Under the pieces are notes generated by a model. It searched no databases and was not told the origin of the DNA. It saw nothing but the letters and a program-made list of their open reading frames with translations. A program made the translations under genes and the position numbers. 64,000 nt of DNA, from assembly GCF_009914755.1 (NCBI RefSeq), contig NC_060926.1; one strand, written 5' to 3'. The stretch is from the human T2T-CHM13v2.0 reference genome, Homo sapiens. Below are positions 38,501-51,854 of the stretch, one piece after another (within the stretch, counting starts at the first letter, position 1; each line of letters starts with the position of its first letter).

Positions 38501-39719
38501 TGAAAAGGTGGAGTAAGCACTTACATCCTTTTAGGCTATATGTACTGTCTATGACCAGAAGCTGCAGACACCTGGGAATCAAAGGCAGGTAACGGTTACC
38601 TGGGCCTCAGTGCGTGCTCTACCACCTGTCCAACTCAGGGCTGTGCCATCAGCTCTTTCTACCTTCCAGCATTCTTTTTCCTTCCTTTCACACTTCACAC
38701 ATTTTTGTCTTTTTCTTATGCCTGGTCCTGTTTTTCATCATATGCCTCTGTTTTCTTATGTTGAATGTGGTGAAACATGGTTATTTGACAAAAAAAAAAA
38801 AAAAAAAGATAGAATTCTAACTCAAATACTTGGAAGGAGCTGCCCTTGAAATTTCTTTCTTCCAGTAAGAAGGTCAACTCAGATTCCAGCAGAAATGTCA
38901 AGTTGTCTGTGATTTAAAAACTCATTTAAAGAAAGTAGGCCAGGAGAATAGTGTTTTGCTGCAAACTTCTGCAAAACTAATTTGTTTTCCCCTCTGGGCC
39001 TGCCAAAGATTTACTGTTTCCCACGCTACAGCAATTTTGGTTCCAACCTTTTTCTGAGGTTTTGATTATTGAAAACTGTCACTACTATGTGTTTGTGGTT
39101 TACTTGTCTGCAGCCACATCCTAGAGAAGTCACAGTAAAGCAGCTCTTTTGCTCAAGTCCAGGGAGAGAAACCAAGACAATTCCCTTGGCTGGAGATGGT
39201 GGTGGGGGTAGATGAGGCTAGCAGTTACTGGAGGAGGACAGCATTTTAGGATTCGTTCTACTGGAACAGGATCCTTGTTGAAACACTTCTTCTCACCCAT
39301 CCAGCCATATCATTTGAAGAAGAGAGTTAACTTGAAACTCACTTTACCTGTAGAAAGAAGAGACTTGATTAGATTTCTCAAAGACTCTTCAGCTCCATAG
39401 CTCTGTGAAGCGTTAGCTACTGACTGATCCTGAATGGCACAGCCTGGATTTCTGGTGTCAAAGTAATTTTAAACATGGTTACAAACCTTCCCATAATTCC
39501 CGTAAGCCTGACCCTGAGAGAATGTGAGCATGGTGGGGCCCTTTCATTTGAGGGGAGGCTGCACGTCAGCTCCTGACTTTGAGTCAAAGTGACTTTTAGA
39601 GTCAACCAGCAGAAACTGTTTACCTGAAATAGTTGAGTATCAGAAAGAAGACTGTGAGAACACAATGCCTGACAGTACCTGGCAGGGCTCCTTCCCCTGG
39701 GATCTTTTTATAAACTCTG

Positions 39720-40150
39720 GAAAAACAATATATTGGGAATAGGCTTGGCTGTGCGTGACAGAAAGCCTGGACACATAAAAAAGGTAGTCCAGGGTGGTGG
39801 GCGGCTTCACGAAGCCACCAAGGACTCAGGTTCCCCTCTTACTGCCCTATTGCATTCAGTGAGTGGTCTGTACCTTGTAGTTCATGGTAGTGGCCACAAT
39901 CCAGCCACCACATCCACACTGAGCAGCAGGAAGGAAGATTAGTGGAGACCTCCCAGGGGGATCACATGACACTTCCACTTACATCTCATTGATCCACATT
40001 TTGTCACATGGCCACTCCTTGTTGCAAGGGATATGATGGGAAATGTCTGTGTATAGAGGGCCATGTGCCCAGGTAAGATTCGGGGGTTCTATTATTGGGA
40101 AAGCAGGGAGGACAGATATTGGGAGAAGAAACTAGCAGCATCTGTCATAG
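39720..40150 (-). mobile_element. Old MLT1 (J/K-like) LTR
   Basis: gtcacatggccactccttgttgcaagg...ggccatgtgcccag motif. Confidence 0.55.
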
Positions 40151-41828
40151 AAGGTGTATTTTCAAAGAGCAAGGGCTTTGGAATCACCAGTGCTGGGTTT
40201 AAATTTCAACATCTGCTTACTAGCTGTAAGATCTCGGCCAGGCCTTTTAACCCCTTTAAACTCTTATAATACATCCTCTGTAAAATCAGCATGATACTCA
40301 GTTTGTGGGGATAAAATGCAAGAATGAATGTTCAATATTTGGCACAATAGCTATTGTTATACACTAGTCCCTAAAACACCAGCTTTGACTTCATTTACTT
40401 ATCCTGATATATGGTATTGGTTAGCTACAGTGTATTTAAATTCCTACTTCTTTCATGTTCTAATGGTGCACTAATGAGTCTGGCTTGGACCAGTATAGTT
40501 GGGGATGTGATAAGCTAATGCGTGTCCAAGGAGGACACAGCAGCTTGGTGGATGTTTATGTGACCTTCATCTGGCAAACCTGACAGTATGGTTAGGGGTA
40601 AAGTCACAGGAACTATTTGTGCTTCAGAAACTCGTGAAGAATAGTATTGTGTAGAAACAGAGTTTAAGGGAGAAAGCTCCAGGCTAGATACATAGCTAAG
40701 GGGAATATCTCAGGTCACCAGAAGGGGGAGCTCAGACTGTAACTCTGAGTCCTTGGACTCAGGGTTCCCCACTCACGAGGGAGGGTTTCTGGAGTGCGAG
40801 GGTCGGTTCCTCAATGCCGCAATGCCGCCCTGGATTTACTGCAAGTCATTCCCAGAGATATCTGTGCAAGGAGCAGGGAACAACTCAAGGTAAAAGTGGC
40901 TGGGAATTTTTCCCCTGGATTCATTCACAACTCCTGCCGTGGGCAGGCTTTTAGTCATAAGTATTCCCCGGTATGTTCTAGTGTGTGGGCCATGAGGGCT
41001 GTGAGCAAGACCAGGGCTCTGCCCCAAGGTTGTCACCATCCTTGCGGAGCCAGAAGAGTCAGGCATGGCAGCTGGCACGACTGCTCCCACTTCCGGCCCT
41101 GCCGATGGCCGGGTGGGGCATTGACTTGCTGTGTCGGATGGAATGTGAGCAGACAAGAGTGAGTTAGTTCCCAGTGTGGCCTCGTGTGTGCTTTTGGCCG
41201 CATCGTTTCCAGTTTCGCCATCCCCAAAGAGGATCATCTCCCAGGAAGCTTACTGGTCCAAGGAGGATGAGACACCCATGGAGCAGACTTGGACCCCATC
41301 TGCCGCTCAGAGCCAGGCCTAACCCTGCCAAGTTTAGGTTAACCAACTTCCATCTTGCCCACAGACTTGTGAGCAAGAGTGAACGACCGTTGTTTCACAC
41401 CATTCAGTTCTGGGGTCGTTGGTTTGTTAAGCAGCATCGTTGTGGCCGTGGTTAGCAGACACAGGGAACACTTGTGATAGTGTGAGAAGGTCATCAGGGA
41501 GACGAGGAGGGCATCTGACACTCCAGTCTTTGGGGGGCATGGGGGAGGACTGCTTCATAAACTTGTACAAGCTATTTCTGTTTTGGATTTCTTGTTGCTT
41601 TTCTCCCTGGGATGCTGTAGACCAGAGTGTTAGCAGGACACCAAATCTCTTGGCGCATGTCAGAGTTGTATGTAAAACAGGAGTTAATCCGTAGGGGATA
41701 TAGGGAAAACTCTCTGACAAGTGAAATATGAGGACTCTTGGGCTTTGAGTGATCCATTAACTCACTCATTCATTCATTCAAAAAATGAGAGTTAGGGACA
41801 GAACTGTGAATAAGATAAAGCAGGGTTC

Positions 41829-42304
41829 TGTCAACCAAAAAGTATCTGACAGTCTTAATAATTTAGAAGCTTATTTTGCCAAGATTAAGGACAATGCCCA
41901 GGAGAAAAAACATGGAATCACAGAAAAAGCAGTCTGTGGTCTGTGCCTTTCTCCAAAGATGATTTTGAGGGCTTCAATATGTAAAGTTTTTCCCCTATTG
42001 AAAAGCAGGCTGGAGGGCAGAGAGGGAGGGTGCAGTCATTACTGAATCCATGTGTTGCAAGGGAAAAGAAATAGGTAGGGAATAGTCAATTATATTCCTC
42101 TTATACTCAGTAAATCTGCTCTTCACATATGATAAGGTAAACATAGAGTGGCTACCTGTGGAGAATTTTTAAAATCTTTTATCTGTACGCTCTCTGCTTA
42201 GGAACAAAAGGAAAGGCAGCTTCTTGCAGGACTCAGACTTCAGCTTATTTTTTTCCTTTTGGCAGAGTGAATTGGGGGTCCCAAGTTTTTATTTTCCTTT
42301 CACA
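41829..42304 (-). mobile_element. MER4-family solo LTR inserted in an L2
   Basis: Reverse complement starts TGTGAAAGGAAAATAAAAACTTGGGACCCCCAATTCAC; flanks gttc/gtcc. Confidence 0.8.
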
Positions 42305-42872
42305 GTCCTTCCATCAGTGGAGCCTGAATTCTGGAGAGGGGAGACAAGGCTGATGATGAATGCCACAGAGAATGACAGGGAAGGGAAGGAAAACATGGAG
42401 TATTGGGATTAAAGGTGGTGCAATTTTAGATAGGGAGGTGAGGGAGACCTCACGAAGAAAGTGAAGTCCGAGCAGAAAGGGCACTGGCAGTGGCCTTAGC
42501 TGAGGAAGCAGCATCTCTGGCCAAGGCGCAGGAATGGCTAAGGGAGGTCTCTGCAGAGACAGCAGCTTATGGGGCAGAGCCCCTCTGCCAAGCACGCCTC
42601 TAGGTGCTACAAGGATTCGACTTTAGATATGTTCAGTGAATATAGCTGCAGAGAAACAAATCCAAAAATTTTGAGTTTTGTTCTTAAACAGAGTAGGCCA
42701 AAAGGTTCCCATTATCCAGTGAAGCTTCCAGACCCTGCCCCTACCCCGTCTTCAAGGGATTCTCTCTGCAGGGTTCTTGGTTCCTGGTGACACCTCTGTT
42801 TCCTCCCCTAGGCCACGTGCTGCTGGGTCTCAGTCCTCCACTTCCCGTGTCCTCTGGAAGTTGTCAGGAGCA

Positions 42873-42939
42873 ATGTTGCGCTTGTACGTGTTGGTAATGG
42901 GAGTTTCTGCCTTCACCCTTCAGCCTGCGGCACACACAG
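42873..42939 (+). CDS. IL1R2: IL1R2 coding exon 2 (exon begins 42812; ATG 42873), signal peptide MLRLYVLVMGVSAFTLQPAAHT
   Basis: Acceptor tttcctcccctag|g at 42812, GCAATGT start, donor g|gttaga at 42940, phase 1. Confidence 0.97.
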
Positions 42940-43037
42940 GTTAGAAGTAAACCTTTCAGATGCAAAAAGGCTTGCCTGTAGCTTCGCTGGGGAAAGATGT
43001 TATCTAGAGAAGTTTCCTTGTCAGAAAGCAAAGTGTG

Positions 43038-43375
43038 GGCCGAGCTCGGTGGCTGCCGGCTGTAATGTTAGTACTTGAGAGCCCTAGGCGGGTGGATTGC
43101 TTGAGCCCAGGAGTTTGAGACCAGTTTGGGCAACATAGAGAGACCCACGTCTCTACAAAAAAAAAAAAAAAAAAAGTAGTTGGGCGTGGTGGTGCGTGCC
43201 TGTAGACCTGGCTACTTGGGAGGCTGAGGTGAGAGGAGTGCTTGAACCCAGGGAGGTTGAGGCTGCAGTGAGTGGAGATTGCATCACTCCACTCCAGCAG
43301 GGCAACAGAGTGAGACCCTGTCTCAAAAAAATAAAAAAGGAAAAATTAAAAAAAAGAAAAAAGAAAAGAAAAGGA
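43038..43375 (+). mobile_element. AluJ in intron 2
   Basis: Dimeric Alu with A-rich linker and tail. Confidence 0.9.
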
Positions 43376-43858
43376 AAGAATGGTGCGAATGTGCTTGTCA
43401 AAGAGCAAACTGAAGAAGTGACGTGTTTGCCCTTAACAAAGTTGCCTTTGGAGTTTAACCATACGACGTGCCAGAACTAAACTTTTACCATCTAAACTCA
43501 GCTCAGATTTACTTTTAATGATGAGAAATCAGCCAGTGAAAACTATGGCCATAGTTTTTAATCTTTAATTTTTTGTCACCGTAGAAACCTGATTTAACTT
43601 TCTTCACAAAACATAAGTTGGAATGGATAGTAGCACTGAACTTGTTATTTGGAAATTTTGAAAGTATAATAACGGGGTAGGGAGGGAGTTTAATAGTACC
43701 CCAGGGTGTAGGTCTTTTTGTTAGGGACAAATGACATCTTTCTCAAATGTGCTCCAGGTTTCCCTGCCAGAATCAGGATCAGTCCCAGGTGCAGGGAGGT
43801 TTTATGATCTGAGCAAGTTTTGGACCCAAAGCCTGACCATGGGCTCTCTGTCCTTCAG

Positions 43859-44123
43859 GGGCTGCCAGAAGCTGCCGGTTTCGTGGGAGGCATTACAAGC
43901 GGGAGTTCAGGCTGGAAGGGGAGCCTGTAGCCCTGAGGTGCCCCCAGGTGCCCTACTGGTTGTGGGCCTCTGTCAGCCCCCGCATCAACCTGACATGGCA
44001 TAAAAATGACTCTGCTAGGACGGTCCCAGGAGAAGAAGAGACACGGATGTGGGCCCAGGACGGTGCTCTGTGGCTTCTGCCAGCCTTGCAGGAGGACTCT
44101 GGCACCTACGTCTGCACTACTAG
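43859..44123 (+). CDS. IL1R2: IL1R2 exon 3, Ig-like domain 1 (GAARSCRFRG...DSGTYVCTTR)
   Basis: Acceptor tctgtccttcag, donor ag|gtaagt; Ig motif W...DSGTYVC. Confidence 0.97.
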
Positions 44124-44623
44124 GTAAGTCTCCCTGTGCGGGGCTGGGGAGGGGATCCTGGCAGGATGGAGGCTTGTGAGGGTCTTCAGTCATGATCCGG
44201 ATCTCAGAATCCAGTGTACAAAATACAAATCCAGTGAATCCACATTGCATCCCGTTTGCTGTTCCTGACACCCCCCCCAACCCTACAGTCTCATTCTGTC
44301 TCCATTTAGTCTTTGCTCAAATGCCACCTCTTTGGAGACAACGTCCCTAGCCATTTTAGCTGACACCGCCCTCTGTCACTCTCTCCTTACCCTGCTGTAG
44401 TTTCCTTGCGATAAGATTTTCCCATCTGACACATTTGTGTGCGCTACTGTATTTAATGTTTGTCTACCCATTAGAATGTAAACTCTGCAAGGGCAGGGAC
44501 TTGGTCTATGTTGTTCACTGTTGAAGCCACATGGTAAGGAACCAAGAAATAGACATAGAATAGGATTTTACTCTGAATAGGATTTTAGAGCTGGGTGAGA
44601 CCTTAGGATTAAATTAGTCCAAC

Positions 44624-44890
44624 ACTTTGGGCGGCCGAAGAGGGTGGATCACGAGGTCAGGAGATCACGACCATCCTGGCTAACACAGTGAAACCCCGTC
44701 TCTACTAAAAAAATACAAAAAAATTAGCTGGGCATGGTGGCGGGCGCCTGTAGTCCCAGCTACTCAGGAGGCTGAGGCAGGAGAATGGCGTGAACCCAGG
44801 AGATGGAGCTTGCAGTGAGCGGAGATCGAGCCACTGCGCTCCAGGCTGGGCGACTGAGCGAGACTCTGTCTAAAAAAAAAAAAAAAAAAA
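44624..44890 (+). mobile_element. 5'-truncated AluY
   Basis: Y diagnostics (gaccatcctggctaacac, gaatggcgtgaacc); 13-bp TSD AAATTAGTCCAAC. Confidence 0.92.
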
Positions 44891-45029
44891 ATTAGTCCAA
44901 CTGCTCGTTGTAAGGATGAGGGAACCAAGCTGGCTTGGAAAGTTCCCCAGGTGGTGCGTGGTAGAGCTGACTCTGGAGCCCGAGTCTCCTGACCCTGGGT
45001 CCAGTCCTCCTCCCTCTTTGTCCTGTTGC

Positions 45030-46325
45030 TTTCTTCCCCTTTAACTGTAGAAAAAATACACATAACAAAAAATTTATCATCTTAAACAGTTTTTAGTGTA
45101 CAGATCAGTGGCACCATCACCATTATCCATCTTTAGGAGTTTTTCATCCTCACAAACTGAAACTCTGAACCCATTAAACAATAACTCCCCTCTCTTCTTC
45201 CCTCCAGCCTCAGGCAACCACCACTGTACTTTCCGACTCTATGATTTTGACGACTCTAGGTACCTCGTTTAAATCGTTTAAGTGAAATCAGTCTTTCTGT
45301 GACTGAATTATTTCACTTAGCATAGTGTTTTCAAGGTTCGTTCATGTTGTAGCATGAGTCAGAGTTTCCTTCCTTTATGAGGTGGAATATTATTATTCCG
45401 TTTTATGTATGTACCACATTTTGTTTATCTATTTATCCATCCAGGGACACTTGACTTGCTTCCTCCTTTCAGCTATTGTGAATCCAATATGAACATGGAT
45501 GTGAAGATATCTGTTCAAATCTCTGCTTTCAGTTCTTCTGGGTATAGACCCCAAAGAGGAACTGCTGGATCATCTGTTAATTCTATATTTAATTTTGAGG
45601 AACTATCATACTGTTTTCCATAGTGGCTGTACCATTTTTCATTCCCAACAACAGTGCCGACACTCAATTTCTCTACATACTCACCAACACATGTTATTTT
45701 CTATTATTTTTGATAATAATCATCCTAATGGGTGTGAAGGGGTCTCTCATTGTGGCTTTGATTTCCACGTTCCTAATGATTAGCGATGCTGAGCATCTTT
45801 TTGTGTGCTTATTAACCATCTGTGCATCTTCGCTGGAGACACAGACATATCTCCTTTATGGACTCTAAGTCCTTTGCCCATTTTAAAAACTGCATTTTGC
45901 TGTTGTTGTTGAGTTGTAGGAGTTCTTTACATTTCCTGGTTATTAACCCCTTGCCTTATCAGATATATAGTTAGAAATATTTTCTCCTGTTCTCTAAGTT
46001 GCATATTCATTCTGTTCATAGTGTCATTTGTTACACAAAAGGTTTTAATTTTGATCAAGTCCAGTTTATCTATTTTTTTCTTTTGTTGCCTGTGCTTTTA
46101 GTGTTAAGAAATCATTGCCCAATCCAATGTCATGAAGGTTTTCCCCTTTGTTTTCTTCTAAGAATTTTATAGTTTTAGCTCTTTTGCTTTTTGATCCATT
46201 TTGAGTTAATTTTTGTATATGGTGTTAGGTAAGGGTCCTGCTTCATTCTTTTGCATGTGGATATCCATTTTCTCCAGTACTATTTGCTGAAAAGACTGTC
46301 CTTTCCCCATTGAATGGTCTTGACA
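45030..46325 (-). mobile_element. L1MB-like 3' fragment
   Basis: Antisense L1 3'UTR and ORF2 end (cattcccaacaacagtg, ttgatttccacgttcctaatgattag). Confidence 0.85.
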
Positions 46326-46376
46326 TGTCCTACTCCTTCTTGATGGATGAAGTTTTAGGCCTAGTGTTGGTGATCT

Positions 46377-46584
46377 TAAAAAGTTTCTTGGCTTCGTTCT
46401 TCTGAACTAGGACAACCCTCAGCTTGATTGGGAACTAGTGTTTTGGCCTCTCTCTTCAGCTGCTTCATCTGTTCCTCCAATAAAAACTTCCTTGGCTTTG
46501 TTCTTCTGAACTAAGACAACCTTTGGCTTGATTGGGAACTAGTGTTTTGGCCTCTCTCTTCAGCTGCTTCTTCTGTTCCTCCAA
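46377..46584. repeat. 104-bp tandem duplication (2 copies, 96/104 identical)
   Basis: 46377-46480 vs 46481-46584, manual alignment. Confidence 0.92.
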
Positions 46585-47704
46585 AGGCACTGCTTGCTCC
46601 TTCCACCAGCTGGCTTCAGAGTCTCCAGATTTCATAAACTCATTTGACTTAAGAAGGACTGTACCCAGGAATATGTACATTTAGAAAAAGAACCGGAGAA
46701 GTGAGATTCTTAGCACAGTGGAAGTACTGGTGAATGGAAAAATTTCAGACCACGTCATCCCCAGTCCTAGGCTGGGTGTGTGTGTGGCAGGGTATGTGGG
46801 GGGTGGGAGGAGATATGAGGTAGAGGGTGCCCTCTGTGTGTGTGTGTGTGTGTGCATGTGCGTGCATGTGTGAAATTAAGAATCTTTTCAAATTAAACCC
46901 AGCTTGACACTACCATCCATATGTCTAGCCCCAACTATAAGCAATTTAGGGACAGGTTTAATCCTGTCAATGAACCTTGCCTAAGAAGCAGGCAAACCAT
47001 CTTCTATTCTTATGCTAGGAAAATGTGGATGCCTGGTTTTACAATAGCTATAAATGCATATTTCTTCTTTCTTTTCCACAGTAAAAATTCTAATTTTCTC
47101 TAAGGAGTACTACTAGGAAAACTTCATAGCATAGTAAGAAAACATGAAACCTGAAGTCAGAAAGAAAGATGGGAATCTTAGCTCTCTCATTTCCTATCTG
47201 GTGGGACCTTGGGCTTATCACTTGACTTTTATGGGTGTTAGTTTTCCTGTAAAGAAGTTTGTTGAGAGGGTTATGTGAGATCACAGAATGTGAAGGAACT
47301 AGCGTGGGGTCTGCCATGGTAGGTGGTCAATATATACATAAAAATTCCCTCTCCTTCCCAAAAGGCAATCCTCATGACTACTGAAAGTGAGACTGTGCAA
47401 AAATCAGGGAGATGTGAGCTGAGTTCTGTTTGTCTTAAAGTTTGCTTTTATGATCAATTTTTGTAGGAAAAAAAAAGCTGAGATTGAGGGGGCAGTGGAA
47501 ATCCCAGTGTATGTCAAACTTTCTTTGCATGATGGGAAGGTTTACCTGGCTGACCTTTAATACTCTTTGTCAACTGTAAGATTGGGATTCTAATTGAGTG
47601 AGAATCACCAGCAGTTGCCATAATACTCTTTAGCGTTGATAGTCATGAGGCAAGAGACTGCCCTGTTCTCATGATTGTTTAAGACCTTGTGATCTAGAAC
47701 CACG

Positions 47705-47819
47705 TGGTGAGTCAGAGTAGGCAAGGATGCAAGCCATCAGAGAGGCCAAGATTTGAGCAGTAGCTGCCTGGGCCTCCTTGCTTGGTGCTCTGCAAATAAA
47801 TGCCTTACTTTCTATCACT

Positions 47820-47852
<33 letters not shown>

Positions 47853-48270
47853 AAAGAAAGAAAAGAAAAGAAGGAAAAGAAAAAGAAAAAAAAAAAAAAA
47901 GAGAAAGAGTAGGCAGTCAAGGTTATGCTGCTGTAACAAATAGCTCCTAAATCTCAGTGGCTTAAAATAACAAGGGCTTATTTCTTACACATGCAACAGG
48001 TCCATTGTGGGTTTGCAGACAGTTAGGGACTTAGGCTGAAGGAGCAGTCACAGTCACTATTTCAAATGTTATTGGTTGGTTGCTAGAGCAGGAAGCCTGC
48101 TTTGGAGGGTCTCTCATGGCTGTTACAACTTTCATGTAGAAGGGCCACACATATAACTCATGAGCTAGGAAGAGTCCCCACAGTGGGGACGAGGACATGT
48201 GATACACCATGTGCTCAGAATAGGGAGAACTGGGCCTATTTGGTGAGCAGCACTACGAATGACTATCACG
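47705..48270 (-). mobile_element. MLT1K-like LTR interrupted by the retroposed insert
   Basis: ggttatgctgctgtaacaaa...ctcagtggcttaaaataacaagg...tttggtgagcagcact. Confidence 0.65.
47724..47905 (+). mobile_element. Short retroposed insert (LTR R-region-like 98 nt plus poly(A) tail) with 10-bp TSD
   Basis: AATAAA 47795-47800, A29 from 47822, TSD AGAGTAGGCA at 47714-47723 and 47906-47915. Confidence 0.8.
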
Positions 48271-49716
48271 CCTTTGCCATGGGGGTGCCACACTACATGG
48301 GGAGTGCAAGTGGTGATCAAATTGCCCCTCACCCTTCTCTTTCTTTTGAGTTATTTTTATGAAGTTTCTTGCTCAAGGGGAATTACCAGATCAATAATGT
48401 GAACAGCCTTGTAACTTTCAATATGTCTACTAAGCTTGGTTTCTGAAGATAGTACTTATGGGTACTGAAGATAGATTTATGGGTTTTCCCAGAGCCTTGC
48501 TGGGCTTCCCATTTTGGTTTGACCTCTTTGTAGCTGTACAGCCCACTTAATTTCTGTACACCTACCTTTTTCATATAAAAATGATATAATAGTAATTCCT
48601 ACTTCATGGGGGCTGGACTATAAGTGAAATAACGTGTGCAAAGTACACAGCACAGGGTCTGGCCTGCATCTACTCGCTGCTGGCTACCTGCTGTGTGACT
48701 GTTACTCAAGTAGGCCCAGGTCTTTAGATTTGTCCTCAGTTGCCTTTATTCAACATGTAGTGACATTACGCATTTTTCAAGGTGAGAGTTAACATTCTGT
48801 ATTTCTTTATGCACAAAATATAATATTTGTTCATCTATTTTCCCTTTTTAAGCTAAATATAAACAGATATTGGCTTCATATATTTAAATTAATTCTTCTT
48901 ACTTTCAAGTGGTAAGCTTTTATCACATTTCTTTCACCTTTTTTTTACATTTTGTTACTTGTTTGGATATGGATGGTTTAGATTTTGCTGTGCAAGTAAT
49001 TTTTACCCCTATATGTAAAACTCGTCCTTATTGTCTCTGTCAAAGTCTCATGTGTTTTAGGTAGCCAGAAATTTAGCTGAGATAATTATATTTTTATATT
49101 TTTCTACTTAAAAGAGTAGTTTTAATTACTGTTTTCTGTCCTCCATCCATTTCCCACAAGTTTCCAGCAAGGTTTTCCTCTTCCCTTTTTCCAGCTCTAA
49201 GGTCTTGATAGAATTATGGCAGTGAAATAATGATTAGGCTAGTAAAATAATAATAATAATAATAATAATAATAATCATATAATAATAAAGCAAACTTACC
49301 AAGTTAATTTCCCCATGCAGTATTACAAAAATCTTTTATGGGTCTTACACTAAGTTTCCAGCAGTTTTCTAAAACTAGACTTCAGTTGGTAAATCATTCC
49401 CCAAAGGAGCAAAGGGAATATTCCTTTTTACGGAAACAATGGCTCTTGGGAAACAATCTCTGCATGTGGATATGGTTTCCTGGATCATGAAGTTGGAGTA
49501 TGCGGGGGCTGGGCTCAAGGAGCTCCAGAACCTGGAAGGCATAAGCCCTTTTGAAGAGGACTTGGGGATTTCTTAATGAACCTTGGTGGCATTAGAATCG
49601 GGCTTGTAGACAGTCCTTTGTGAAAAACACAGAATATGCTTTTTCTGTACAATTATGTTACGACACTTGTTGCCCCCCAAGTGTTCGAAAAGATCAGGGA
49701 CAGAAGTATTGCAATA

Positions 49717-50050
49717 TAGATGTTCCTCGACTTACAATGGGGTAAATACCAATAAACCCATTGTAAGTTGGAAATAGCGTTGTCACTTAACTTACCACTT
49801 AACACTTAACTTACCCAACATCACAACTTAGCCTAGTCTTCCTTAAATGGGCTGAGAATGCTTACATTAGCCTACAGCTGGGCAAAGTCATCTAACACAA
49901 AACGTATTTTGTAATAAAGCGTTGAATATCTCATGTGATTTATTGAATACTATACTGAAGTAGGGTTTCTATTGAATGCTTGTTGTGTTTGCAGCATTGT
50001 AAAGTCAAAAAATCCTAAGTTGAACCATCTTATGTCGGGAAACCATCTGT
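49717..50050. mobile_element. MER47A-like Tigger element
   Basis: agatgttcctcgacttac... / ...tgtcgggaaaccatctg TIR-like ends, TA flanks. Confidence 0.75.
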
Positions 50051-50168
50051 ACTAATCCAGAAAATGCAGATGCAGATTTTAATAGAGTTGGGGAAATGAT
50101 GCTTAATTTCATTTAGCTTTACTTTTATTTTGCCTTGCCATTTATCTTTTTTTTCCCTTTTAAATCAG

Positions 50169-50349
50169 AAATGCTTCTTACTGTGACAAAATGTCCATTG
50201 AGCTCAGAGTTTTTGAGAATACAGATGCTTTCCTGCCGTTCATCTCATACCCGCAAATTTTAACCTTGTCAACCTCTGGGGTATTAGTATGCCCTGACCT
50301 GAGTGAATTCACCCGTGACAAAACTGACGTGAAGATTCAATGGTACAAG
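50169..50349 (+). CDS. IL1R2: IL1R2 exon 4 (NASYCDKMSIELRV...KIQWYK)
   Basis: Polypyrimidine tract plus aatcag acceptor, donor aag|gtacgg; in frame with neighbours. Confidence 0.97.
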
Positions 50350-50469
50350 GTACGGCTTTAAAAAATGCCATTTTACTAAAATGTGTTTTCTTTTTTTACT
50401 AGCCATAAAAGAAAGACTTAAAATATCGATTTTCTGAAGACAGTGCACACACACACACGCACAAACACA

Positions 50470-51199
50470 CACATGGTTTGCCTTTCATATCTGTGAGTTC
50501 CACATCCTGGGATTCAACCAACCTGGGATTGAAAATATAAACAAATAAACAAATAAAATAACAGTACAATACAAATAATACAAATAAGAAACCAACACAG
50601 TGCATCATCTACTGTCACATGCTGCATGACAAAGTTTCAGTCAACAGTAGGCTGCATGTACAATGGTGGTCTTGTAAGATTATAATGGAGCTGAGAAATT
50701 TCTATTGCCTAGTGACATCATAGCTGTCTCAACATCATAGTGCAAAATATTACCTTTTCTATGTTTAGATATGTTTATATGTACAAAAACTGACCACTGT
50801 GCTCCAATTGCCTACAGTATTCAGGACAGTAACATGCTGTACAGGTTTGTCGCCTAGGAGCAGCAGGCTGTATCATGTCACTTAGGTGTGTAGGAGGCTC
50901 TACCATCTAGGCCTGTGCGAGTACTCTCTATGACGTTCACACAACAAAGAAATCACTTAAACTGTTTCTCAGAATTATCCCATTGTTAAGTGACACATGA
51001 CTGTATTTACACAGGGCATTTACATTGTATTAGTAATCTACAAGTAATCTAGAGATGATTTAAAGTATATGGGAGGATATCCGTAGGTTATATGCAAAGA
51101 TGACACCCCTTTATATAAACCACTTACGCATCTGTGTTTTGGCACCTGTGGGGAATGTTTGCTGAAACCAATCCCCCAAAGAAACTGAGGGATGACTGT
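50470..51199. mobile_element. MER2 interrupted by a Tigger3-like element (50612-51003)
   Basis: MER2 ends (ggattcaaccaacc; gagggatgactgta) flank an insert with TA TSD. Confidence 0.75.
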
Positions 51200-51400
51200 A
51201 TTTTAAAGAATTTAAAAGGGCCGTAATTAATATGTTCTATTAGTCCTTATGTGGGTTGAGTAAAGGTACTTGAAATAGTGATTTGTGAAGACAGAGTACA
51301 TAACAGCTGAAGGAAATAACTTTTTACTGTAATTTGTCTACAAAAATGTAGAAAAAAGCTTACATAACAATTTTATAGACATATTAAAGGAGTTTTTTTA

Positions 51401-51735
<335 letters not shown>

Positions 51736-51854
51736 TTAAGGGAGCAAATATGAACACAATTTATTCCCTTGTCTGGTTGAATAGATGTTATTTGATGTGC
51801 TCATTGCTCCTAGTGAGAACATCAGATATTGTCATTAGATATTGCTTATGTAGA

